Of a stretch of DNA of 64,000 nt, positions 37,215 to 46,827 are shown in pieces. The notes beneath the pieces are model-generated. The model saw nothing but the letters and a program-made list of their open reading frames with translations, was not told the origin of the DNA and searched no databases. The stretch lies in sequence record PV029745.1. One strand, written 5' to 3'. The first letter of the stretch is position 1. The number at the start of each line of letters is the position of its first letter. A program made the position numbers and the translations under genes.

Positions 37215-37599
37215 CGTAATACCCCACGATTAAGTAGACTGTATCTGATTTCTCGTCTAAGTAAACTTTTCTATTTGCGTAGTCAAGATGGATACAATCT
37301 GGGATAAGATATCCCAGTGCCTTAACCCTATTCATGACGAACTCAATGAGTATCTTGTCATGAGTGTCTTTGGGTTTAGATTTATTTGACTCTTTCTTGT
37401 ATCCGCAGATTAAAAGAACTGATTTCTCAAAGAGCTCAATATGTTCTTCATTATCAAAGTCAAGCTGCCAGCAAATAGATGTGGCAATTAGATCGACAAG
37501 ACCTTCTCGTCCGATATTACGCATTACATCGTAATATTTATCATCGACCATGCCGATGAAATCCGACGCCTTGAATGTTATCAATAACTGTTCTCTCAC
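37207..37599 (-). CDS. Hypothetical protein
   Basis: 130 aa, GGAG RBS. Confidence 0.6.
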   Translation of the reverse strand: MREQLLITFKASDFIGMVDDKYYDVMRNIGREGLVDLIATSICWQLDFDNEEHIELFEKSVLLICGYKKESNKSKPKDTHDKILIEFVMNRVKALGYLIPDCIHLDYANRKVYLDEKSDTVYLIVGYYVA

Positions 37600-37619
37600 A
37601 TTTATCTCTCCGGCATAAA

Positions 37620-37635
37620 GCCTCCTTTCGGAGGC
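37620..37635 (-). terminator. Hairpin terminator
   Basis: GCCTCC-TTTC-GGAGGC with a TTTATGCCG tail on the minus strand. Confidence 0.65.
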
Positions 37636-37641
37636 CCTATG

Positions 37642-38661
37642 TTAGTTATTTTCCAAATACCAACGTTCTGCAATAGCCCGTTGTTCTGGGGGAAGATAAT
37701 CGTTACGAAGGAACGATGCAACAAGCTCCATCATTTCTTTCTCCGTACGACTGATCCCTTTCATTTCGTATATGGCGAGAATGTGACTAGAACTGTATTC
37801 AAGCGTGTATTTCTTATCCCGTTTAACATACGACGAGAAGTAACTCAGGCCGAAAGCCGTGATAACTTTACGCACGTAATTTTGTTTGAATTCCTCCATG
37901 TTAGCAATACCAACAAGTGCGAACAAATCATCGTTCACTTGAGGACAAATGGGATCAAGGGTTATCATTGGATACATAGTTGTCAGTGTATCCAAGAACA
38001 CTGCTGCCATGGCCCTGTTGGGATTATTCAGGAAATCAATTACTTTCTGAACTCGTTCAGGTGTACGATGTTTACCCATCATTGCAATTGCACGGGTCAA
38101 CGTATTTGGATCTCGCATTACGGCTCCAAATGTACGCATGAATTCACCATGTAGATACGACACTAGAGAAGTGCAGTTCAATGCAATCTCGGCATGGCTG
38201 TCATCATTATGCTGATCGGTCAGGCGATAGTATTCTTGGATTCTATGATCTTCACCTTCAGCAAGCCCAATAAGGTTACCAATGCAGACTGGTTTCCATT
38301 CGGTATAGGTGCGTCGATCAATGTGGTGTTCCAATTGATTATCGATTTCAATCGTAACGCCTTCCCAGATAACATCACTAGCAAAGATCTTATAAACCTC
38401 CAGTTGTTTTTCATCTAATGTGCCTGGAGGTGAATTAAATAGGGCACCTGCTTTATGTACCTCGTAGTCAATCTCTGTTTCGAATGCACTTCGACTAGTC
38501 AAGATTTCTTTGACTGTAAGGAACACCAGTTGAATCGCGGTGTTACGAGTCGGGCGCGGTAGACCCAGATGCGGATTGCTTTTGGTAAAGTGTTCGAGAT
38601 ATGTATACAGGACATCTACCTGTGGGTTAATCTCAAGCACTACAAACCGTTTGGACGACAT
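37642..38661 (-). CDS. Conserved hypothetical protein
   Basis: 339 aa, GGAG RBS. Confidence 0.7.
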   Translation of the reverse strand: MSSKRFVVLEINPQVDVLYTYLEHFTKSNPHLGLPRPTRNTAIQLVFLTVKEILTSRSAFETEIDYEVHKAGALFNSPPGTLDEKQLEVYKIFASDVIWEGVTIEIDNQLEHHIDRRTYTEWKPVCIGNLIGLAEGEDHRIQEYYRLTDQHNDDSHAEIALNCTSLVSYLHGEFMRTFGAVMRDPNTLTRAIAMMGKHRTPERVQKVIDFLNNPNRAMAAVFLDTLTTMYPMITLDPICPQVNDDLFALVGIANMEEFKQNYVRKVITAFGLSYFSSYVKRDKKYTLEYSSSHILAIYEMKGISRTEKEMMELVASFLRNDYLPPEQRAIAERWYLENN

Positions 38662-38677
38662 TGCATTGCTCCATTTA

Positions 38678-39070
38678 TTAATTGATAGGTATTGCTAAGT
38701 AGATAACAGAACCAATACGTCTGTAACCAACATGCATCCCGGAAGCTTCCACTGGAAGATTGAGAGTGTCGTAAAGTAATGAACGCGCCTCATTATGAAA
38801 TGCCATCCATTCCAGTTCGGCCTGCGTGTTACGATATGGTGCGTAACCCATTACAAAACAACATTGAAACGAATTTATTGCGTTCTGGATGAAATCATCT
38901 ATTAACTGTTCCTTAGCTTTTACCAGGAGTCCTGAGAAGTCAGTAGTATCCATGTCAACCGATTCAATTGCTTTAGATTTAACTAAAGCCATGAAGGGTG
39001 GTTGAGTAATGGCCTTTATGACTCCAGCCAACTCGAAGGCATGAAGTTGAACTTGTCTTTGAGGAATCAT
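38678..39070 (-). CDS. Hypothetical protein
   Basis: Start moved to ATG39070, downstream of a promoter motif. Confidence 0.6.
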   Translation of the reverse strand: MIPQRQVQLHAFELAGVIKAITQPPFMALVKSKAIESVDMDTTDFSGLLVKAKEQLIDDFIQNAINSFQCCFVMGYAPYRNTQAELEWMAFHNEARSLLYDTLNLPVEASGMHVGYRRIGSVIYLAIPIN

Positions 39071-39098
39071 AGTTAGTATTCCGGAAATCACTCAGAGC

Positions 39099-39125
39099 TA
39101 TGATATAGATTTGAAATCTTTTAAA
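39099..39125 (-). promoter_or_regulatory. Early-type promoter variant
   Basis: Minus strand TAAAAGATTTCAAATCTATATCATA, nearly identical to the site at 29078. Confidence 0.6.
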
Positions 39126-39219
39126 ATCGTCACAGAACCCCCGTTGTATATGATACCCCACCTGGGTATTATCTCCATGGGTGTTCGTTCGCTGGCGAGC
39201 TTCCTAGGGGCGTTTAAAC

Positions 39220-40032
39220 ATGAATGCTATTCAATATGCACTTCGAGATTTACCTTTCCGAATTCCCCGTCAGATTCTAGAGTCTGTTTTCATTGGACAA
39301 GAAGCTGCATCTAATGCAGCTATTTGCGGTGAAGTCATTTCTCTTGAAACTAGAATTCGAGAGGCGGTATTAGAACCACGTGTCTTTGCAGACATGAACT
39401 TGATCGGTGGAACTAAAACTTATATTCCACTGGACTTTCCTGTTAAGTCTGAATATGTCGATCCGTACACTGTTATTTACTATATCCCGGATGAATACAC
39501 CCAACAGCGTCCCATCGTCCAGGTATTTAGTATTCACTTCGGTATCCTAGGTTATCAGAACTCTGGATATGCAATGCACTATAATGAATCGACTATTGGT
39601 GCTGAATCACGTAAAGTATTAGACTCTGCGCGAAGACTACCTGTTGCACAGACTGCATACATTAACTTGATTAACCATAACACTGTAATGGTTAGATTTA
39701 TTTACTTGCCTTCACATGCCGCGTATTTATCGTGTCGCTTGGGTAATGATGACGAGTTACTTAATATTCGTCCTCAGGCTATCCCTGTATTCTCTAAACT
39801 AGTTGAATATGCTGTTAAAGCCTACTGCTATAATGAACTTTACATCAATATGGGTGAAGCTCAGTTATCCGGCGGTCAAGAGCTTGGTGTATTCCGTGAC
39901 AAAGTTTACGAATGGTCTGAAGCGAACGATCTCTATGATGAGCAACTGAAGAAGTGGCGGAAGGTATCCCGGAACTTCAATGACCCTGAAGGTAACCGAC
40001 ACCATATCCGTACTATCATGGCGGCGCCGTAA
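39220..40032 (+). CDS. Conserved phiKZ-like protein, probably late/structural
   Basis: 270 aa + strand gene, TATG upstream. Confidence 0.65.
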   Translation: MNAIQYALRDLPFRIPRQILESVFIGQEAASNAAICGEVISLETRIREAVLEPRVFADMNLIGGTKTYIPLDFPVKSEYVDPYTVIYYIPDEYTQQRPIVQVFSIHFGILGYQNSGYAMHYNESTIGAESRKVLDSARRLPVAQTAYINLINHNTVMVRFIYLPSHAAYLSCRLGNDDELLNIRPQAIPVFSKLVEYAVKAYCYNELYINMGEAQLSGGQELGVFRDKVYEWSEANDLYDEQLKKWRKVSRNFNDPEGNRHHIRTIMAAP

Positions 40033-40048
40033 GGGCGTAGGTGTTTAT

Positions 40049-40966
40049 ATGTTCGAGTCTTTACTCGCTACATTAGTCAGAACTAATCTTGGATGGCAAG
40101 GAATCCCTGTACAGGGTCCTAACATGCCTGTTACTAGGGTAGGTGCACCTGCAACCCTACTCAATGGTAAAGTATATATTGCTGGTGGCGGCACGCAAGG
40201 TGGAACAAATGGTGTATCCACTTCGACGTTAATGACGTATGATCTTGCCACTGGTGTGTATGATCAAAACTTCAGTACTGTTCCGTCGTCTGTATATTTC
40301 TCTGGTATCGTTAACGATGGAACATATCTGTACCACCTCGGCGGCGCTACATTTCCAGGTAATGCTGTTAATAGCACTTTTGTTAGGATTGATCCATTAA
40401 CAAAAGAAAAACTGGTTTTGAAATCCCCACCTGTGGCTCGTTACGATTTCCACATGTTCTATGAGTCGGGCTTTATTTATACTTACGGTGGCACGCCGTC
40501 AAACGACGTGTTAATGAAATATAATATCGCTACCGACACTTGGGAAACTGTAACCCAACCAACACTTCGCCCGCCAGCTAGAACATCGTCTGCTAGTGTT
40601 TATCTAAATGGTAAATTCTATTTAATCGGTGGCGTTAGCAATCGTAATGATTTCTGGGAATATACTTTATCCACAAATACGTGGGTACAGCTAAGTAATT
40701 TCCCAATTACTACTTGGGTTGGTAGTGGCTTCACCATGGATGGTCGGATATTCCTGATGCCTGGTGCACCCTTAATCAATAACAACGCGAATAAAAATAT
40801 CTACGAATATTTACCCGATGAAAATAAATGGGTATTGTTCAAGAATATAGCTAATATCGTATTCAATTCGAGTATTGTATCCGATGGAAAACGGTTGTAT
40901 TGTTTCGGTGGTTCTGGTAACAGTTCAGTCAACGCTGCTAGTAATGCCATGTATTATCTAAAATAA
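40049..40966 (+). CDS. Kelch-repeat six-bladed beta-propeller protein
   Basis: Six repeats with the GG/W kelch pattern (KVYIAGG, YLYHLGG, FIYTYGG, KFYLIGG, RIFLMPG, RLYCFGG); start moved to ATG40049. Confidence 0.85.
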   Translation: MFESLLATLVRTNLGWQGIPVQGPNMPVTRVGAPATLLNGKVYIAGGGTQGGTNGVSTSTLMTYDLATGVYDQNFSTVPSSVYFSGIVNDGTYLYHLGGATFPGNAVNSTFVRIDPLTKEKLVLKSPPVARYDFHMFYESGFIYTYGGTPSNDVLMKYNIATDTWETVTQPTLRPPARTSSASVYLNGKFYLIGGVSNRNDFWEYTLSTNTWVQLSNFPITTWVGSGFTMDGRIFLMPGAPLINNNANKNIYEYLPDENKWVLFKNIANIVFNSSIVSDGKRLYCFGGSGNSSVNAASNAMYYLK

Positions 40967-40979
40967 AAAAAATAAGCAT

Positions 40980-41003
40980 AGCCCCTACCCGAAGGTAGGG
41001 GCT
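40980..41003. terminator. Bidirectional terminator
   Basis: AGCCCCTACC-CGAA-GGTAGGGGCT, A-run on the left, TTATGCC on the right. Confidence 0.85.
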
Positions 41004-41011
41004 TTATGCCA

Positions 41012-41248
41012 TTATGACAAACGCTCCAAGCATTCCAGAACGTCATCAGGATCACATTTCATGCAAACCAAATCAGGTTTCGATGCCGATGCTTCAGCAA
41101 CAAGCTCTAGATTACTATCATTAATGATGACCTTATCTTCCTGAACGAAGACATCCCAATCCCCATAAGTCCAACGGCCCTGAGGATTAGTTTCGACAAC
41201 ACGTTTGGCTTCAGCTTGGATCTTATCAAAGAAAGCTTGCATAATCAA
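41012..41248 (-). CDS. Small hypothetical protein
   Basis: 78 aa, AAGGAG RBS. Confidence 0.6.
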   Translation of the reverse strand: MIMQAFFDKIQAEAKRVVETNPQGRWTYGDWDVFVQEDKVIINDSNLELVAEASASKPDLVCMKCDPDDVLECLERLS

Positions 41249-41253
41249 TCTCC

Positions 41254-41478
41254 TTACACGTTATTAAGAATAGACAGGATCATTGCTTTCGGAGTAACGC
41301 CAACACCGGCACAATAACGACGGAAAGATTCGCATGGCTGTGTAGCTTTACGTTCAACTACATTCAAGTTAAAGCACATGTTACCACGTGCATCAAGAAT
41401 GGTTACAAATTTACTATTGCTGGTTACTCGGTAATCACGACCGAGAACCTTTACGGTTTTGTACGCATGGCTATTCAT
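41254..41478 (-). CDS. Small hypothetical protein
   Basis: 74 aa, GAGG RBS, follows an early promoter. Confidence 0.65.
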   Translation of the reverse strand: MNSHAYKTVKVLGRDYRVTSNSKFVTILDARGNMCFNLNVVERKATQPCESFRRYCAGVGVTPKAMILSILNNV

Positions 41479-41510
41479 GTCGTGATACCTCTAAGGTTTA
41501 TTATCACGTT

Positions 41511-41530
41511 TGTAATATAGCCTTTAAATT
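41511..41530 (-). promoter_or_regulatory. Early promoter
   Basis: Minus strand AATTTAAAGGCTATATTACA. Confidence 0.65.
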
Positions 41531-41561
41531 GGTTTGAATGTAAAAAGAAAAACAAAATAAA

Positions 41562-41579
41562 CCCACCCCGAAGGGTGGG
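41562..41579 (-). terminator. Intrinsic terminator
   Basis: CCCACCC-CGAA-GGGTGGG with a T-rich tail on the minus strand. Confidence 0.75.
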
Positions 41580-41586
41580 CCTGTAT

Positions 41587-41994
41587 CTAAATGTTTACTA
41601 AAAGAGCTTTATCCAACAGCAAGATAACCCAGAAAGAAAATAAGTATGCTTCAACAGCAGCAGGCTTATATTTCTGTTTTACATCTTCCATTAAGTTGAA
41701 TACATGTATCGAATATAGTTTACCTATAATAGCAATTATCGCTACAAACGTAACAATACCCGCACCAATCCACATGCTATCAACATTCTTATTAAGGAAG
41801 CCAACCGTCACGCTTGCCATGAATACAACAACCGTGGTTATCAACCAATTAGCTAACTGATTAACACGTAGCTCCAGTTCAGGATGACGGTTATTGTTAT
41901 CGTCTCTATATTTCTTTTTATCTATCGCAATGATAGTAAAGGAAATACCAAGACCGATGAAGAAAGACAAAAATATCGCAAACAGACTTATCAT
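41587..41994 (-). CDS. Membrane protein (4 TM)
   Basis: 135 aa, four hydrophobic segments. Confidence 0.7.
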   Translation of the reverse strand: MISLFAIFLSFFIGLGISFTIIAIDKKKYRDDNNNRHPELELRVNQLANWLITTVVVFMASVTVGFLNKNVDSMWIGAGIVTFVAIIAIIGKLYSIHVFNLMEDVKQKYKPAAVEAYLFSFWVILLLDKALLVNI

Positions 41995-42000
41995 TTTATC

Positions 42001-42507
42001 TCACCAATAACGTCTAAGGAATACATCGAGATCTTGTACAGCACGATGATCCTTAGCCCGTACTTTAGGGTCTCTCGATTCTATCTTCTCAAGGGCTTCA
42101 AACGTTTCTTTCAGGTGAAGGGGATGGAGAACTTGGACCTCGTAACTATTAACAAGTTGTCCTTGTTGCTCCTTTGTCATTTTGCGCAAACGGGTGAAAT
42201 CATAGAAGACAATGAACTTACCTTGATCGTCTTCTGTCTCTTCGTTACCAGCTTCAATCCAGCGATTGTATTGAGCAGGTGTCAGAAAGATATCAATGGT
42301 ATTCACTTCTTTACGCAGATTGTAAATAACCATTGCACTGAGATGACCTAGGGCCATTTCTTCAGGTGGGCACTTATTGGTAGTAGCCCAAGTTTTCATG
42401 ATCTCGATGATGTGTTCACGTTGCGACATGCTAAGTACTCTATAGTGATTACATATCAGTAGTTTTGGAGTGTCTTTCCAATACAAAACTGTGCCGTACT
42501 GATCCAC
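42001..42507 (-). CDS. Hypothetical protein
   Basis: ORF of 168 aa; true start may be ATG42429. Confidence 0.55.
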   Translation of the reverse strand: MDQYGTVLYWKDTPKLLICNHYRVLSMSQREHIIEIMKTWATTNKCPPEEMALGHLSAMVIYNLRKEVNTIDIFLTPAQYNRWIEAGNEETEDDQGKFIVFYDFTRLRKMTKEQQGQLVNSYEVQVLHPLHLKETFEALEKIESRDPKVRAKDHRAVQDLDVFLRRYW

Positions 42508-42755
42508 TGGCGGACTTCACCTTGCGTGGACGAGAGTTCAATTTCATCGCCCGTCAAAGTGGCGGTGAGATATTCCTTTGTATGTCCGCGACTACGACTA
42601 GAAAAGGTAATTACATTACCCTTCTTTTTGACAGCAAGACGAGTATAGCTATCACCAGCTACGCAGGTTTCATCGAGTTCAAGTTCGATCCATTCTCGGA
42701 TCATTTCTTTGAGTTGCTCATTTGGACTTTGCATTAACTTTCTCCATCGCTTCAA
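42456..42755 (-). CDS. Hypothetical protein
   Basis: 99 aa ORF in a tightly packed operon; start uncertain. Confidence 0.55.
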   Translation of the reverse strand: MKRWRKLMQSPNEQLKEMIREWIELELDETCVAGDSYTRLAVKKKGNVITFSSRSRGHTKEYLTATLTGDEIELSSTQGEVRQWISTAQFCIGKTLQNY

Positions 42756-43284
42756 TTGCTAGCATGATACCAGCACGGGTAGGGATAGGTTCTTCAGTAG
42801 AGTAATCAAACGTCACGGTCTTTTCTGAAAGATTGACCTCTACGGGCCATTGACGCCATCTGGCGGCAGTGTGACGGATCCACAGTATATCTTTGTCGAT
42901 AGGAGAACTGTAGAACTCTAGGTTATTATGCACGCTATCATTCCACGCTTGACGTGGAAGTTTAGACACCCGATCTACGACTGTCTTTTCAAACGATCGA
43001 TGAACGATAAATTGGAGAGTGTTATAAATTAACTCATGGGCACTATCCTGATCTTCAGCCCAAAGACAGTTGATACGATCAAGCCGTTTCGAGAGAGGAT
43101 CAAGTTCAAATACAACATCGGGACACAACCGCTTATTTGGATCCGTCCCTTGCATCAGGATAGAATTTTTATTTGGCGCATACCACAATTGAACATGGCG
43201 TTTGGTATTAGGGTCGATACATGCAGAACGCTGACGGCCGAGAAGTCTCCAGATCTGGATCAGGGTAGCTATATCGTTAAACAT
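42718..43284 (-). CDS. Hypothetical Trp-rich protein
   Basis: Start moved to ATG43284 (GGAG RBS). Confidence 0.6.
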   Translation of the reverse strand: MFNDIATLIQIWRLLGRQRSACIDPNTKRHVQLWYAPNKNSILMQGTDPNKRLCPDVVFELDPLSKRLDRINCLWAEDQDSAHELIYNTLQFIVHRSFEKTVVDRVSKLPRQAWNDSVHNNLEFYSSPIDKDILWIRHTAARWRQWPVEVNLSEKTVTFDYSTEEPIPTRAGIMLAIEAMEKVNAKSK

Positions 43285-43329
43285 TTCTATCTCCCATGGA
43301 CATAAGCTCTCCCATCTAAGGGAGAGCAT

Positions 43330-43827
43330 TTATGCCACTTTTTCTTTACATGTTTCGGTTAATGTTACACCCCATCCGGGATGACTCTTTCTGTTAAATA
43401 ACAATGGCTTACTACGTATAAACGGAGCATCCTCTGTAAAAACGGTGAATGTACAATGACCGGGGTTGTCATCAATCTTGAAATAGAAATTTTCTTTTAG
43501 GTCATCTACTTTAGTAATGTTCAATGGAATTAACATTCCACCCCCATGAACATACCAACGTTTGTAAATCCTTTTAGCAAGCCTATCCTCGACCATTGGA
43601 TTAGACTGGAACCGAGCTATCCTCAAACGCATTCCATTGACTTCAGACCACGCATCAACTTTGTCGTAACATGTGACTCCATTCTTGTCATATACAAACA
43701 CAAAGCCTTCAAGAACGCCGACTAAGGTGACGGCATGGTGTAACATCGCTGTGTAATTGGAGAGTTCGAGGTTAAGCTCAGCTGCCATTAGCTCATCGAG
43801 CTTTTTCGCTGCTGTCTTAGCCATCAT
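43330..43827 (-). CDS. Hypothetical protein
   Basis: 165 aa, AAGGAGG RBS. Confidence 0.7.
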   Translation of the reverse strand: MMAKTAAKKLDELMAAELNLELSNYTAMLHHAVTLVGVLEGFVFVYDKNGVTCYDKVDAWSEVNGMRLRIARFQSNPMVEDRLAKRIYKRWYVHGGGMLIPLNITKVDDLKENFYFKIDDNPGHCTFTVFTEDAPFIRSKPLLFNRKSHPGWGVTLTETCKEKVA

Positions 43828-43903
43828 TCCTCCTTAGAGGTTTAATCAGGTTTCATTATTGATTCCTTACTGTTGTTAATTGATACAAAAGATTGGACGG
43901 TTA

Positions 43904-44326
43904 TTAAGGCTTCATATAACCTTGATAACGTTCTATAGCTCGTTCACCTACGGCTTTACGATGTTCATGCATTTCAACAGCATCGCGCCTGGCATACGTA
44001 GCCCAAATGCGGGCACTGTCCATTATATCCCTTTGATAAAGGTCAGTTCCACTCAGAGCTTGAATAAACTCATCGTCCGGTAGATCTTCCTGTTTGTAGA
44101 AAGTGTCCTCTGCTTGGATATAATAAAACAGTACTTGGAGTGCAGCCCTTGTCTCGGAGTCAGAGAGCAAAGCTTTCAATGCACTGCGCATTGTGTTATT
44201 ACAGACGTCGCAGTTAATAGCGAGTTCACCAATGGTAATACGGTCATTCTGTGCCACAGTTCGCATCAATACTTCAGTGCAATCAACGGCCAGTTTGATA
44301 AGATGTTCAGGTGTAAGCTTTATCAT
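43904..44326 (-). CDS. Hypothetical helical protein with an HTH-like segment
   Basis: 140 aa; ITIGELAINCDVCNNTMRSALK resembles a helix-turn-helix. Confidence 0.6.
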   Translation of the reverse strand: MIKLTPEHLIKLAVDCTEVLMRTVAQNDRITIGELAINCDVCNNTMRSALKALLSDSETRAALQVLFYYIQAEDTFYKQEDLPDDEFIQALSGTDLYQRDIMDSARIWATYARRDAVEMHEHRKAVGERAIERYQGYMKP

Positions 44327-44565
44327 TTCTTCTCCTTACAAACAAAGATAATCTTCGTTGTTCGATTTGTATTGATGACATGGAGTTCACTGTTATCGCC
44401 ACGGTGGTAACTGATATTCCAATTATTCCGGGTATACAAAGAACTGTGTTGATCGATGATGGCTCTACACACCTCAATGGAAGACACAGAAACTTCTTCT
44501 TCTTTAACTACAGGTAATTCGCCAATAGCTCCGGTAGAGACAATGGTAGCTAAGATCCAACTCAT
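44323..44565 (-). CDS. Small hypothetical protein
   Basis: 80 aa, GGAGG RBS, ATGA overlap with the next gene. Confidence 0.65.
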   Translation of the reverse strand: MSWILATIVSTGAIGELPVVKEEEVSVSSIEVCRAIIDQHSSLYTRNNWNISYHRGDNSELHVINTNRTTKIIFVCKEKK

Positions 44566-44587
44566 GAAACCTCCAGACGGAATAAAA

Positions 44588-44605
44588 GGGGAGCCGAAGC
44601 TCCCC
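44588..44605 (-). terminator. Intrinsic terminator after phuZ
   Basis: GGGGAGC-CGAA-GCTCCCC with TTTTATT on the minus strand. Confidence 0.8.
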
Positions 44606-44611
44606 AGTTAT

Positions 44612-45565
44612 TTAGAGGACGAAACCATCATCAGAACGGTTGTCATCGATATCAACGATCGCAGCTCGTTGGGTGTAACGAACTTGCTGACGATGATGTT
44701 CCTGTTTTTGATCCAGGAGAGACTTAATCCGCTCTTGGATACCAACCGAGTTGATAACGAAGTGCAGTTGCTCAGACAGAGCGTCTTCGTCGTCAGGGGA
44801 TGCGATACCTACAGTCCGAACAAACGGATTACCATAAGCTACTTCTTTGGAAGCATCTGTGTACAGGGATGCGACAGAAATCATCTCAGGGACAGAAGCT
44901 GCTTCTTGACGAGAAGTATGGATATGCAGTTCACACAGTTGCGGTTGAATGTAACTATGCTTACTAGTGAAACGTGCCCAGTGATCCAGATCCAGTACAT
45001 CGAGACGTTCATGTTTCTGATTAGACAGGTAAATCAGAGCATGGACAGCAAATACCGCATCTTTGTCGATTTCGGAATACGGAACGCCGTTCACGTTTTC
45101 GATCGGACAGATGTTGATCGGGGTGTTGGTTGCAGCAGCGATACCTTCCAGAGTCTTCATGGTATCGATATCGTTTTGCAGAACCTCAGTGGATTCAATA
45201 CCACTGACAACGACCGGAATTACAGTTTCACCAGCTTTAGCCAGAGCCGATACAATCAGCGGACCAAGAACAGAACCAGAACCACCGCCCATAGAAAACA
45301 GGACGATATTGAAATCGCCAGCTGGATATCGTTCAAGGAAAGGTGCAATCTGATGGCGAACCTTAGGCATGATGAATGCACGGTTCTTACCTGCCCCACG
45401 AGTACCCTCGGTCAAAAAGACACGATCGATATCATGACTAGAACTTACGTTCTTATCGCAGGTGTCAATGTATACCAGATCCGGATGCCATTGAAGGTTT
45501 ACACCAATATTCAGACCAGCACCACCACAGCAGTATACACGAGTTTTTACTTTAGTCATTTCCAC
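44612..45565 (-). CDS. phuZ: Phage tubulin PhuZ (spindle protein)
   Basis: 317 aa; CGGAGLNIG, DTCDKN, GTRGAG, tubulin signature SMGGGSGS, RLDVLD, acidic C-terminal tail; close to 201phi2-1 PhuZ as recalled. Confidence 0.95.
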   Translation of the reverse strand: MEMTKVKTRVYCCGGAGLNIGVNLQWHPDLVYIDTCDKNVSSSHDIDRVFLTEGTRGAGKNRAFIMPKVRHQIAPFLERYPAGDFNIVLFSMGGGSGSVLGPLIVSALAKAGETVIPVVVSGIESTEVLQNDIDTMKTLEGIAAATNTPINICPIENVNGVPYSEIDKDAVFAVHALIYLSNQKHERLDVLDLDHWARFTSKHSYIQPQLCELHIHTSRQEAASVPEMISVASLYTDASKEVAYGNPFVRTVGIASPDDEDALSEQLHFVINSVGIQERIKSLLDQKQEHHRQQVRYTQRAAIVDIDDNRSDDGFVL

Positions 45566-45577
45566 GTTTCCTCTTGA

Positions 45578-45682
45578 TTAACCTTCTTGAATTGTAACTA
45601 GCGTGTCGCGTTCTTGTTCATTGAGCACAGTCTTGCTGTTCATCCCAAAATGAATACTACCAAACGCTCCATTGTCACACAT
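45578..45682 (-). CDS. 34-aa small ORF directly upstream of phuZ
   Basis: Translated by hand: MCDNGAFGSIHFGMNSKTVLNEQERDTLVTIQEG; GGAG RBS; fills the intergenic gap. Confidence 0.5.
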   Translation of the reverse strand: MCDNGAFGSIHFGMNSKTVLNEQERDTLVTIQEG

Positions 45683-45705
45683 ATTAACCGTAACTCCGGT
45701 ATTTG

Positions 45706-46470
45706 TTAGCTAAGAACTAGCTCTTGGTCTTTGAACGAATTGAGATAGACTTTAACCTGAACATCGACTCCAAGATAGTAACCTACCATCAAGGTTACCG
45801 TACAGTTATCGTGAACCATGGTGTTAACAATGGATACATTATCCAGATTAGCAAAATTCCTGATTGTCGGCGTTATCCGATAAATCTTCGGAATTGACTC
45901 GAAGTCAAACTCGTGTCGTTCACTAACCTTCAGTGTATTCAGATCCAAGAACGTGATTGTCTTTGGACGACAGTATTCATCAACTTCGACATGTTTAATC
46001 GCAGATGACGTATTCTCAGGAACTAGAAGCTGATATACTCGATCATTACTGTAGAAAGTAATACGACCGATTTCCTGTTTAATCCACTCACTGGGTTTAT
46101 AATAACTAACCGAATGAACGGCGGTATCGAAGCTCATAGAACTTTGGACATCGAAGAATTTATATCCTTCGGCAATCATCAGTTCAATAAGCTTCTGATA
46201 ATGTTCTCCCAATCGATGAACTGTATTACGTTGACCAATTGCACTGAAGAACGAACCTAGGTTCTGTTTAGTGATTTCAATGTTTGCCTCACTAGGTTTG
46301 TAGGTCAGTTCGAAGTCTTCCTGTGTTACGTTCCATTCCGATACTTTCAGAAAGATATCGTTGGTAACTGGATGAACTGCACCAAAGGTGATTTCATCTA
46401 CGTTTTCAATAACCAGGAAGTTCTTGAAGATATCTTTGATGGCTGGAAGTGCTTCGCCAATAGATTTCAT
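45706..46470 (-). CDS. Hypothetical protein
   Basis: 254 aa, GAGG RBS. Confidence 0.7.
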   Translation of the reverse strand: MKSIGEALPAIKDIFKNFLVIENVDEITFGAVHPVTNDIFLKVSEWNVTQEDFELTYKPSEANIEITKQNLGSFFSAIGQRNTVHRLGEHYQKLIELMIAEGYKFFDVQSSMSFDTAVHSVSYYKPSEWIKQEIGRITFYSNDRVYQLLVPENTSSAIKHVEVDEYCRPKTITFLDLNTLKVSERHEFDFESIPKIYRITPTIRNFANLDNVSIVNTMVHDNCTVTLMVGYYLGVDVQVKVYLNSFKDQELVLS

Positions 46471-46595
46471 TTCGATTCCTCTTTAGGAAGGACCAAGAAA
46501 GTAAACCCGTTACCACTTGCATGGATAACCAGTTCCAATTTGCCACCGTTGTCGATAGCATGTTGCATCAGGCGGTTGTAATTGATAGCGCTCAT
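46467..46595 (-). CDS. 42-aa small ORF
   Basis: Translated by hand: MSAINYNRLMQHAIDNGGKLELVIHASGNGFTFLVLPKEESK; GAGG RBS; ATGA coupling to the next gene. Confidence 0.6.
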   Translation of the reverse strand: MSAINYNRLMQHAIDNGGKLELVIHASGNGFTFLVLPKEESK

Positions 46596-46605
46596 TTGTA
46601 CTTCC

Positions 46606-46827
46606 TCAGGTTAGAATTTCAGAAATGGGTACCACACGAATAATCAGGGTCGTTGGAGATTGATACTCTTTACTAACCGTTGCCATTATCACTGACGGAT
46701 AAGAACAGAGAATCGTCTTAGGGGAGACCATGTCGACTTTGAACTTAATGTACATCTGTTTGATCAACTCATGGACGTCTTCGTCGTTGTTAACCAAGAA
46801 CAAAGAATCAGGGATCAATGTTTTCAT
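46606..46827 (-). CDS. Small hypothetical protein
   Basis: 73 aa, first gene after an early promoter. Confidence 0.6.
   Translation of the reverse strand: MKTLIPDSLFLVNNDEDVHELIKQMYIKFKVDMVSPKTILCSYPSVIMATVSKEYQSPTTLIIRVVPISEILT

Noticed and set aside
43840-43870. Four-codon mini-ORF MKPD with an SD on the minus strand
   Set aside because: Too short to interpret; most likely the remnant of a deleted gene start
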